From Lytechinus pictus (taxonomy: Eukaryota): a stretch of 64,000 bases of DNA. Below, piece after piece: positions 53,841-64,000 of the stretch. The notes below the pieces were generated by a model. The model ran no database searches. It had not been told where the DNA came from and saw nothing but the letters and a program-made list of their open reading frames with translations. Both the position numbers and the translations under genes were made by a program. The stretch lies in contig NC_087245.1 in assembly GCF_037042905.1 (NCBI RefSeq), forward strand, positions 40,674,001 through 40,738,000. Direction: 5' to 3'. Positions within the stretch are counted from its first letter, which is position 1. Every line of letters begins with the position of its first letter.

Positions 53841-55563
53841 ACAGCCAGTTATGGATTATGACATTCACTAAAACGTATTTAACTTCCATGTACATCACTC
53901 GTTGATTATGACTTGCCTTGACAATCATGCTTCTTCTACCTTTGAAATATCTTTTTTAGGTGAGCGAAGTGTGGATTTAAAGCACATGGATTTTGTCGAC
54001 GGCCCCATATTTGAAGTTGTAAAGACACCATGATAATGGTCAGCAGTGACGTCAGGAGTAAAAAGGAAAATGAAGGGGACACAACATGGCGCGTGTGGCA
54101 AAATGTATAAAACTATAATGCTCTAATGGGACAAAAAAGCAATCGCCGTATTCTAAATTCAAACACACTATGAATGGCATGTTTCAAGTTTCAGGTCAAC
54201 ATGAAACATCCGAAATATATTATATCATTATATTCTAATCTATTCTCATATTTTCAAATGCCTTTCTGTTCTGTCATCCCTCACAAAATGATTATTTATT
54301 TATTTCTATGGAATATAAATCATAATTATGAAAGAAGCAGGTCAGGAGATAAAATTGTTCTTTCGCTCTGATATCAGCTTAAATCACCGGGGGGGGGGGG
54401 GTGATAATGGAAAGGAGAACCCGGCAATCAGTAAGGAAAGCGACTGAATAGATGACAGAGAAATGGAACAAAATCCCTTCCGATTATGGGTTGATTTTTT
54501 GCCAATTAAGATATTATTTCCAATATAGAGGCATCAATGAAAGCCTCCAGCATCATCTAAGATTGTAATTTCAAAAATGATACGGAATGCCAACCACCCC
54601 ATTTGTCATCTTTCTCTCCGCTCCCCTCCCCCTCTCTCTCCCTCTCTCTCTCTCTCACTTTATATCTCTATCTCATCTCTTCTCTTTCCAATTTCTCCAT
54701 TCTCTCCACTCCTCCATTTGCTTTTTAGGTCTACATGCGCGAGGGGGGGATGCATTATAGGCTCACTTTTGCATTATAACGCCATGTTTGGTTGAATTCT
54801 GGCAAGTGTCATAATGCTTTCATAATTTAGGTATAATAAGATTCATTATGTCACTGTTTAAATTTAGTAATCTATAAAGGGATACATATCGAAAGTGAAA
54901 AAGATGAAATACCTGTACCCCGTGTTTTAGCGTTTACCGATGAATTATTGTTGGCCATCTGTAGATGTGGTTTGTGGGTGAATCAGTCACATTCTGATTT
55001 GAGAAACGAACGTTATACCCCTCGGACTTCTTGCCACGCGGTCGGCATTGCTTTGTACCCAAAACACGCGTTTTAAATTGCATTCAAGTACAAACAAAAT
55101 CCCGCCAAATTTCAAATGGATTTCCACCAATCTCATTCACCTTGGCGCCCCTTTTTATTGTGCGGATGAATATCTTTACTGGGCACCCTAATTACATAAT
55201 CTGCCCCACTCTATCCTCTTGACACTACAATGTCGGCTTCATTCTCACCCAAGGCTCTAGCTCCACACATGACTGTCAACGTGTGCAACACATTCGGAGA
55301 AATTAGAACATGGTGAAAAACCGTGAAATTTGCAGTGCTGTATTGCGCGAACCGGAGGAATCTTGGAAGGTCGCATCTCCCCGGCTTGGCGAGATCTTGT
55401 TTCACTGGTCGTGCGTTGGGCGATACTTGGGTAAATTATACGATTGGTGAAGAAAAGCTGGTGCGATTTGCCACCAATTAGTGGGCTTTGGTTGGGTAAT
55501 GCATCAAGGTGAGAGAACTGCACGCCATTGCGAAGCTGCGGCGTCATTGAGTGACGCACCTGG

Positions 55564-55583
55564 CTTTGAAGGGTCAAAGGTCA
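55564..55583 (+). promoter_or_regulatory. Candidate composite TCF/LEF site (CTTTGAA) plus DR1 nuclear-receptor element (GGGTCA-A-AGGTCA)
   Basis: Exact consensus matches in unique, relatively GC-rich sequence. Function is untested. Confidence 0.4.
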
Positions 55584-55881
55584 GAGACTGGTCTTGATTT
55601 ACCTTTAACCGTTCTCTTAAGGCTCCGTTGTCCCTCTTGAAGTTCCCTCAAGAATTGTGAGTTTATTGATAAAAATGAATAGGTTTAGGTATGATTCTGA
55701 GTTGTTTTCAAATAATTATTTAACCCCGCCCCCAGGAGAGCGGTAGACTGACTGTGAAAGGAATCGAGGCAAATATTGAATCTCGGATAGACCGAAGACG
55801 GTGGTGACGGATATATTCGAGGGAAGCGAACTGGGCACAGAAATAGAGAAGATACTTTAAAAGAAAAAAAATGAAAAGAGG

Positions 55882-55956
55882 TTCCCAAAACGGAAATCGA
55901 ATCCGGGCTATGGCGGTGAGAGTGCCAAATCCTAACCACTAGAGCATGGATGTGGA
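55882..55956 (-). pseudogene. Degenerate tRNA-Glu(CTC) copy
   Basis: Aligns with the two intact genes (TTCCC...AATCGAATCCGGGC..GGCGGTGAGAGTGCCAAATCCTAACCACTAGA) but has a disrupted acceptor stem and a B-box change (GATTCGATT). Confidence 0.8.
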
Positions 55957-56063
55957 GACGATCAGGCATTGACTTTCAAAATGTGATAAAAATATAAAGC
56001 TTTAAGTGAATGAATTGGTGGAGAATCGTTTACCATAAAACGTCGAAATCTTTCACACAGCTA

Positions 56064-56302
56064 CACAGCAAAAACTGTGGTGTTAACCGGTGTACATAGA
56101 GGACCACACCAGTTGTTTTACACCGGTGTTAAATTGGTGGTGTTAGTTTTACACCCATAGGTGTTATTACAACACCTTTGGTTGTTATATTTACACTCTT
56201 TGGTGTTACGTTCAATCTCTAGGGTGTAGTTTTAACACCTCAGGGTGTGGTCCTCTATTAACACCGACTGGTGTCAGTTTTAACACCACGGTTTTTACAG
56301 TG
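56064..56302. mobile_element. CAC..GTG MITE, ACACC-rich family
   Basis: CACAGCAAAAACTGTGGTGTTAA ... TTAACACCACGGTTTTTACAGTG termini with TA duplication. Inverted relative to the 15400 copy. Confidence 0.88.
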
Positions 56303-57181
56303 TACGTTAACAGTATACTTTATGTTGTATTATTCTTTGAATATTAAGTCAACATGGTCAATATCTATCACAAAATCACATACTTGCATTATATAAGAAG
56401 TCAAAATGTTTTCGACCTCGCTTCGCTCGCTCGCAGTTTTCTTAGAAATTCCCCATATACCATGTCTGGCACCCTCGAAATTTTCGGCTCATTACGCCAA
56501 TGAATGATAAATTCTCGAGTATTCCATTTTTTTCATATACATAGGGGTCATTAAATTGACTGTGTCTCTTATAGCGTTTTACAGTTAATACCAGGTCGTC
56601 GAGCATTTTTGCTTGGACACCGTGTAGCTGCAGAGAACAGGTGTGGCATTTGTTTGTTGACAAAAATGTATCGATGTCCTGACATTATTCCCTAAGTGAA
56701 AGGGATAGAACGTGATGCGATCAACAGATCCCAGGTAGGTAAAATAAATGATTAGGGCATTTTAGCAATCACTTTGCAGACGCTTTCTATTACGCAGAGA
56801 ATCTGTTGTCAAAACTGAAAAGCCCTTCATAACAAAACAGCCTTTGTCGAAAATCGGTGAATCAAAACAGCCGTGACGTCTTGGACACAGCTTATTTGCA
56901 TTTTTTGTCCGGTCCGTATCTTCAATTCAATTTCAATTTATTTCATTCATAAAAACACATAAATATACATAGTAATAAACAAAATATCAATATAAGAATG
57001 TGGAGACAGCTTAGAAGAACCAAGTCTTATACAGTGCTGCCACCAAAATGTAAGCACAAACATTTTAAAATGGACATTTTAACATAATAACTAGAAAATA
57101 ACGATGATAAATAAACATACAAATTATTAATATTCCAAGACAAACCCTACACGATACTTGAACAAACAAAGCCTGATAATT

Positions 57182-60176
57182 TTATAAGTAATATTTTTTT
57201 TTTAATAATCGTTTGAAAGAATTGAGTGATACACTTAATTTAATGTCATCAGGTAATGCATTCCAAATTTTAGGACCCTTAAAGAATATAGAATTGATAC
57301 CAATATTGGTTCTCTCAAATGGCAAGTGAAAATCTAAAGGCTTTCGCATATTATACAAGTAAAAATCAGAATTCAATTTGAAAAATGTTGAAAGACTAGA
57401 TGGTATAATTTTATTAAAAACTAAAAACATGAAAACTGCAATATTAAAATCATTCATATCAAAAATATTCAATAACTTCAATTCTTTGAAAATTGGTTTA
57501 GAATGGGCAAGATAATTGGCATGAAAAACTATTCTTATGGCTTTCTTTTGTAATAAGAATAATCTCATCATTGAATAATTTCTAGAATTGGCCCATACAA
57601 TATTGCAATAGTTTAAATGAGGTGAAATTATAGCATTGTAAATCATCAATAAAATTTTACGTGGGAAATGCTTTAACCTATAAAGTACGCCAATGCATTT
57701 TGAAACTTTGTTACAAACTTGATTGATGTGCTCATGCCATAACAGTTTATTATTCACAATCACCCCAAGAAAATTGATAGACGTAGCAACATTTATTTTA
57801 GTACCATTCATTTCAATAATAATGTTATTGTAATTAATTTTCTTATTGGTGAATATCATACATTGAGTTTTATTTACATTTAAAATCAATCTATTTACAA
57901 CAAGCCACTGAGATAGTTTGCACAACTCATTATTGAAGTTAACCATTAAACTGTTAATATTTGTGTCAGACATAAAAACACTTGTATCATCAGCATACAA
58001 GATAAAATGTAATTTCTCAGAAATATTGCATACATCATTTATATAAATAAGAAATAATAAAGGTCCCAGGATGGACCCCTGAGGCACTCCGCATCCTACT
58101 GTATCTAATTCGGATTTAACATTATTAATAAAAACATATTGTTTACGATTAAATAAATAACTTTCAAATAAATCTAAGAGGACACCACGAATACCATAAT
58201 TTTGTAACTTATATAAAAGAATATTATGATCTAAAGTGTCAAATGCCTTACTCAAATCCAAAAATAATCCAAATAATATTTCTTTATAATTAAAAGCAGT
58301 TGAGACTTTACAAACTAAATCAGCCAATGCAGAGGATGTGGAGTGCCCGGGACGGAATCCATACTGGGATTTAACAATAATGTCATATTTATCCAGAAAA
58401 TATAAGAGGCGATTGTATATACATTTTTCAAGCATTTTTGAGAAAACAGGTAACACAGATATAGGTCTATAGTTTGAAACATTAGCCGGAGATCCATTTT
58501 TAAAAACCGGAACAACTTTGCCAATCTTTAATTGATCCGGAAAAACACCAATAGATAAAACAGAGTTAAATATATTGCACAGAGGATAGCAGATGATATG
58601 TATAACTTTTTTAACAATTGAAATATTTATTTCATCAAAACCTGCACTAGACTGATTATCAAAGCTAGAAGTGATTTTTATTATTTCGCCGGGGGTGATG
58701 GGATTAAAAAATGCAGTATGAATATTTCGTTTTAAGTACTGTGTAAAATTATTGCCAGAGGTATTGCACTGTATATTATTAGTTAATGAGGAGCCAATCT
58801 CAATAAAATATTTATTAAATGTTTGTGCTTTTATGAAATCGTCAGTAATAATTTCATCATGAACATTGATATTTTCAATAATGTTTACTTTTCTTTTATT
58901 ACCCAGAGCTTTGTTAATAATTTTCCAAGTTCTTTTTAAATTTGCCTTTACTTCAAAAAATTGATTTTTAAAATACTCCCTTTTAACACGTTTTATTTCA
59001 CTATTAACTTTATTACGGAATGATTTATACGTTCGTTCTCTATACTCCGTTGGATTTCTAATATATTTTTTATATAATAGAAACTTTTTATGACACATTT
59101 TGCGCAAGTCTAGATTAAACCATGGCTTATCTTTCCTAGATTTGTTTTTCATTTCGACCTTTGGAAAACATTCATTATAGACTTGCATAAATTGATGCAA
59201 AAAATTATTATAACTAGTATTTGGATCCTCATCAACTGTGTGCCAGACGACATTCTCCAATTTATTTGTGAAATCAAGAATATTATGATCATTAACGACA
59301 CGTTTAGTTAATTTTATTTTTTTATTAGGTATAATAACCTTTGAGTGTATACAAAATATGGGGAAATGGTCGCTAACATCAACAAGGAAAATTCCACATG
59401 ACACATCATTTAAATCATTAGTGAAGATATTATCAATCAACGTTACAGATTGATCCGTAACTCTGGTTGGATAATGAATAGTGGGATAAACAGACTTAGT
59501 CATAAAAGCATCCAAAAAATCACTAACATTTGAGCAAGAATCGGCATTATACAAATTAAGATTAAAATCTCCAATAAAATATAATAATTTATTTTCACTA
59601 TTTACATTTCCTAAAAGAATATTTAAGGATTCAATGAAATTAGGAAATGATGAATTTGGAGGTCTATAAATAACACTGAATAAAATATTTTTTGGGCAAG
59701 ACTTTATTTCTATACAAATACATTCAATAGATTCAGAAAAAATATTATATTCATTTCTATGTACAAAGTTAAAATCATTTCGAATAAAAGCTCCCACACC
59801 ACCCCCTCTACGTCCTGTGCGGGGAAAGACCTATAAATGAATAACCGTCAATTTTATAATCAGAATCATTTTGTTTAAGCCAAGTTTCGGTGATACCAAT
59901 AGCACAAAAGTCTAAATCAATGCAATTTAAAAACGATGTTAAACCATCAATGTTTTTCTTTAAACTTCTGCTATTTATATGCAAACATGAAAATCTATTT
60001 TTGACATTAATAAAAGACTCACAATCTTTTAGACATGTGTTGAATTCATTTGGCAAATAATAATTTTGATTGGGGCCATTAAAAGAATCACTACCATCAA
60101 TTGGAGACAACAATTCATTGATCCTCGATAAATCAATATCTTGTAAACATTGTTGATATAAAATGCAGTCAGGCAT
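57182..60176 (-). CDS. LINE ORF2 (AP endonuclease + reverse transcriptase) with one +1 frameshift near 59821-59824
   Basis: APE motifs HINSRSL, ITETWL, IYRPP, GDFN, IDNIF, SDH. RT motifs NYRPISVLP, QYGFR, FLDLSKAFD, GVPQGSILGPLLF, YADD. Made up of ORF-track pieces 59808-60209 and 57182-59797. Confidence 0.93.
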
Positions 60177-60439
60177 GTAAGTTAAAACAACATAAAAATA
60201 ACAAAACAAACAACAAATAGAAATGAGTTAACACACATACAATTATAGTTGGGAGGTAAAAAAAGCAACCAAAACCAAACCAAACCACCGGGGATCTGTT
60301 CAAAATATTATTTTGTAGAACAATTTATATCAAAATGTTCAAGTATATTCGAATAAATACAATTGAAGAGTCAATACGAGTTTAAAACAACAAATAAACA
60401 AACAAAAAACTCAGTCTCATTTGGCAAGAAGCAAGCATA

Positions 60440-61318
60440 TTACAATTTGTTCAGATCACTTTGTCTTCTGATTAGTTGTCTGTCAAGTTTTCCGCCCTCA
60501 TTTTTGACGATGGCGAAGACACGACCATCAGATGTCCAAGAAGATGTGACTTTTGGGTGGCGAGAGGTCTGAGTTAGGAGGTCGGCATTCTTCTTCGTCA
60601 AATCTTCGACTACCACCACGCCGGACCCTTTCAACCTTCTCCGATGCTTCATCATCTGTTGCTTTGATTTAAAAGATGTGAATTTGACGATGATGGCAGG
60701 AGACTTCGAACTACTGTGCAATTCGTCCCTAGAAGTCTGACGACTCGGGAGTCGGTGGGAACGGTCGATGTCGACGGCATTCATCTGGACTCCAATCCTC
60801 TTCGCGACATCAACCACAACAGCATCGGTGTCCTCCTCAGGCGTCACCTTGACTCCAAGAATGCGTATGTTGTTTCGACGCGAGTATTGCTCGATGTGAT
60901 CCAGCCTGTTTGAGAGTTCGTTCACCTTATCTGCACTGGCTTCAACCTTGGATTTGACGTCATGGAGCTCGTGAAGCTTGATGTCGATCGCCACTTCAAG
61001 ATCGTGGAGGGCAGCAATCTTTTCGTCCAGAGCAACACGCAAACGAGACTCCATTTTCAGAAGATCATCGCTGATCTTTTGCCGCTCAGTCGCCATGGCT
61101 GAAGCCACAGCCTTTTGAACTATCATCTCAAGATGATGTGGGCTAAGAGCTCGGTCAGTGTTTGACGACTTTCCGGGTGGTGTGAACGAGCGTTTCTTAT
61201 TGGGAAACCCCGTTGTTACTGGGGAAACTGGCTGGGCTGAGTCCGATTTAACTCTAAATCGGGTATTGTGTCTTTTCACAGCATCAGTAGACATAATGAA
61301 TGAGTTACGTAACGACAC
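60440..61318 (-). CDS. LINE ORF1 (coiled coil + RRM-like RNA-binding domain), 292 aa
   Basis: Heptad-rich segment followed by IEQYSRRNNIRILGV, DIDRSHRL, PAIIVKF and EDLTK motifs typical of L1-like ORF1p in CR1/L2-group elements. Confidence 0.9.
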   Translation of the reverse strand: MSLRNSFIMSTDAVKRHNTRFRVKSDSAQPVSPVTTGFPNKKRSFTPPGKSSNTDRALSPHHLEMIVQKAVASAMATERQKISDDLLKMESRLRVALDEKIAALHDLEVAIDIKLHELHDVKSKVEASADKVNELSNRLDHIEQYSRRNNIRILGVKVTPEEDTDAVVVDVAKRIGVQMNAVDIDRSHRLPSRQTSRDELHSSSKSPAIIVKFTSFKSKQQMMKHRRRLKGSGVVVVEDLTKKNADLLTQTSRHPKVTSSWTSDGRVFAIVKNEGGKLDRQLIRRQSDLNKL

Positions 61319-62102
61319 AATAAAAACGTTAAACAGCTCTCACACAGACAAGTACAAATTGAGTCACACAAAAACGTCAATGTGGGACTAGAAAGGCAAG
61401 TAGACTCTCTGTATTGCAAACTACAGTGAAGGTACAAACTGACTCACCAATATAAATTCACAATAATGCAAGTTCTCCCGGTGGTTAGGAACAGTTATCC
61501 ACACATATATTAGTCCATTTTAAGATCCACAGATGGATAGTCCAATAAAAATCAAACGATGCAGTAAAAACATGAATCTGAGCACGAATGGTCAGGGTAT
61601 AAGCATTCACTAAGATTGCCTGGCAAAAAAAATCTTAAGACGATGTGCTGTCCCGGTCCACCAACTTTCGACAATGACCTCTATTCTGTCCATTGTGCTT
61701 TGACGGGTATTTTCAATAGATTTTCAACGTTGCAGAAAGCGTCTGAGAAGTGGATTCTAAAATACGGCAAACTAAGGCGATTCTCACTTCAGTGCGCCAA
61801 GACCTCAATTCATGTTTCAAAGGAGTATAGGGCTGATTTTCAGATACGGTTGGAGAGAAAAAAAAAGGTACGTACAGGTGTACCCGGCACCCGTTATATT
61901 GCAGCAACGGTTTGTTGATATAAATGTATCCAAGTACGTGCTGACTGAAGGGGGATACAATTTCATGTGATTAAGAACCTCCTTTCAAGGAGGTAGAATA
62001 AATGATCCTCTGTCCGTCTCAGCGGACTGTTATCGCACGCAGAAATATGACAAGCCATGAAGTTTGCACGTTGCACACGATGCCGGGGCCCCCGTTACCC
62101 CC

Positions 62103-63107
62103 TGTGACTGCCGCACTTTACCCTTGGTAACCAATGCGGAGTTTCAAAGTCAATACACTCCAAAAGAAATACATTCACAAAAATGGCGTTGGCTTATGTG
62201 AAATGGTGCTTTATTTCATCATCCCAGACGAACCAAGATTGAGATAAAATACTGCAAAAACAAACAAAGAAACATATAATAAATCATAATGTATGTGTAA
62301 CAACTGAAACTAATCACTAAAGCACTAAAGAATAAACTTCACTATTCATACAAATACTATACTACCAAGGACTCTTAATACTATAACAAAATGTAATACG
62401 TATTGATCTACATTACTTAAAAGGTTAATTAGATATACTTATAAATATAACTATTTTCTTATAACAGTCGATATGTCTATTAACGGATACGATCCATCGC
62501 AAGTATGTCAGAGTTACATGTATATCGCATTACATAATACTTAAATTACTGAAAGAAATAACTTACCAATTGGAGGCTTTAAGCAGATTACACCTTATAT
62601 AGCACACTTGTAAAATCTAGATGAGAAGCTTGTCAAAAACACAACTTAGGAGTTCTATCTCTTTCTCTGAATCTCTGTCGCTCTCTCTGAAAACTTTGAT
62701 AAAACTGATAGCTGAAAGCTTTTTCTCTCTATATAAAGCATGCAGAAACTGAACCAACATAGATCATTCTTTTGCTATGTTCTTAAGTTATTGTTTCCCA
62801 ATTAGAGTTGCTGGTACTCTGACCATGTCTTAACAGAAAACCAGACAATGAACTTGATTAAGATATTCAAATCGGAACAATGTAGGGTGGACCTACAGTT
62901 TGCTCTTTGGCTTGGCTTTCTCTATGCCTATACATTAACACATAACCTGCCCTATGGGACTTTATGTAGAAAAGGATTAAGAAAAAGATGCAGAAATGCA
63001 GAAATGAAACATCTAGGAAAGTGGAAATTCAATTAAAACAACATATAACAAGAAATGTAAACAGCCTAGAAATTACATATATCTCACTGCACACTGCTGC
63101 AGTGACA
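62103..63107 (-). mobile_element. 3' LTR (~1 kb) of a BEL/Pao retrotransposon
   Basis: On minus it reads TGTCACTGC ... GCAGTCACA (TG..CA, 8/9 inverted termini) and is preceded directly by purine-rich AAAGGAGCCA (63108-63117). TATA-like motif near 62730 and AATAAA near 62210 are in the expected order. Confidence 0.7.
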
Positions 63108-63689
63108 TGGCTCCTTTAACTGATTGCCATCAGTTACTTAACTTAAACACACACAACATCAATTATGTCTGAATATCTAAAATCAACCAATAAACTCAAA
63201 ATCGTATATATACATGCAAGATACTTTAACTGATCACCTATCATTATTGAACTTAATAACAAAAAATGTGAACCATAACATTCCAATCCCGTTGCTGTCA
63301 GGCACAACAAAATTAAGACATATCTTCTTAAACTACTTTGGATACACTAAGAAATATTAGCCATTAAGCATTAAGTATAAAATCATATACTGTAACTGCA
63401 TGCATGCCAGCAGATTCAACAAACAAAATAAATCAAATCAATTACTAATGCATATGTACAGAAAAACTGGAAGTAAAGAGAGCTATAAAACTAGAAAGAA
63501 GATAAAGACTAGAATGTGAACAAGAAAACTAGAAAAGCAGGAAAGATCAAAACCATATGAAAAACTGAAATGACAACTCTAGCGAAATGATTAGACTAAT
63601 AATGGAAAGAAAACAAGAAAAGGGAGAGAAGAGATTGAAAGAGATAAGAAAGTGGAAAACAACGAATTACATCAAATCAAATCAAATGT

Positions 63690-63998
63690 TCATTTTGTGT
63701 TGTTGGCTCCTTGATTGGGAATTCCCTGGTCTTCTGTCTTCTTTGACCTATCTTCATGTAGACATGTAAGGTGTCTACCTCCACAGATTCTACACACTCT
63801 CTTGTTTCTACATTCTTTACCACGATGTTGATCTGTAAGAGCGCAACCAAAACACAACTTTCTTTTCAAAAAGAATAATTTTCTCTCTTCAATAGATTTC
63901 ATCAAGAAACTAGAACATGATTCGAGGTGATGGCTTCCATCACAGAAAGGACATATAGAGCTTTCATCCTCCAGCCCAGAGATGCAAAAGATCTGTGC
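63690..63998 (-). CDS. BEL/Pao-type Gag C-terminus, 5' end outside the window
   Basis: Open frame ...ICPFCDGSHHLESCSSF...LCFGCALTDQHRGKECRNKRVCRICGGRHLTCLHEDR...*, containing three zinc knuckles with the CX2CX3HX3LH third knuckle characteristic of BEL/Pao. Confidence 0.85.
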   Translation of the reverse strand, partial: AQIFCISGLEDESSICPFCDGSHHLESCSSFLMKSIEERKLFFLKRKLCFGCALTDQHRGKECRNKRVCRICGGRHLTCLHEDRSKKTEDQGIPNQGANNTK

Positions 63999-64000
63999 AT

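Larger units (their letters stand above)
56923..61631 (-). mobile_element. Apparently full-length non-LTR retrotransposon, L2/CR1 group (Crack-like)
   Basis: 5'UTR, ORF1, spacer, APE-RT ORF2, and a 3'UTR ending AATAAATTGAAATTGAATTG. Both ends are defined by the split host MITE. Candidate TSD ATCTT at 56918-56922 and 61632-61636. Confidence 0.92.

Overview
AT-rich, repeat-dense animal genomic DNA. The SINE/MITE repertoire suggests an echinoderm such as a sea urchin (inference only). I found no host protein-coding gene, so the window looks like a large intron or gene desert. Supported content: (1) two identical, divergently oriented tRNA-Glu(CTC) genes and one degenerate copy; (2) an apparently full-length L2/CR1-group (Crack-like) LINE on the minus strand, with intact ORF1 and an APE-RT ORF2 broken by one extra base, inserted into a MITE; (3) the 3' part of a BEL/Pao LTR element whose gag stops after its zinc knuckles and is followed by the PPT and a ~1 kb LTR with no pol; (4) several tRNA-derived SINEs; (5) many non-autonomous DNA transposons (hAT-, EnSpm-, Harbinger-, Kolobok-, Sola- and helentron-like), some deeply nested; (6) microsatellites; (7) a ~60-bp tandem array whose conserved core matches a tRNA-Leu primer-binding site. 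Most short ORFs in the track are artefacts of repeats.
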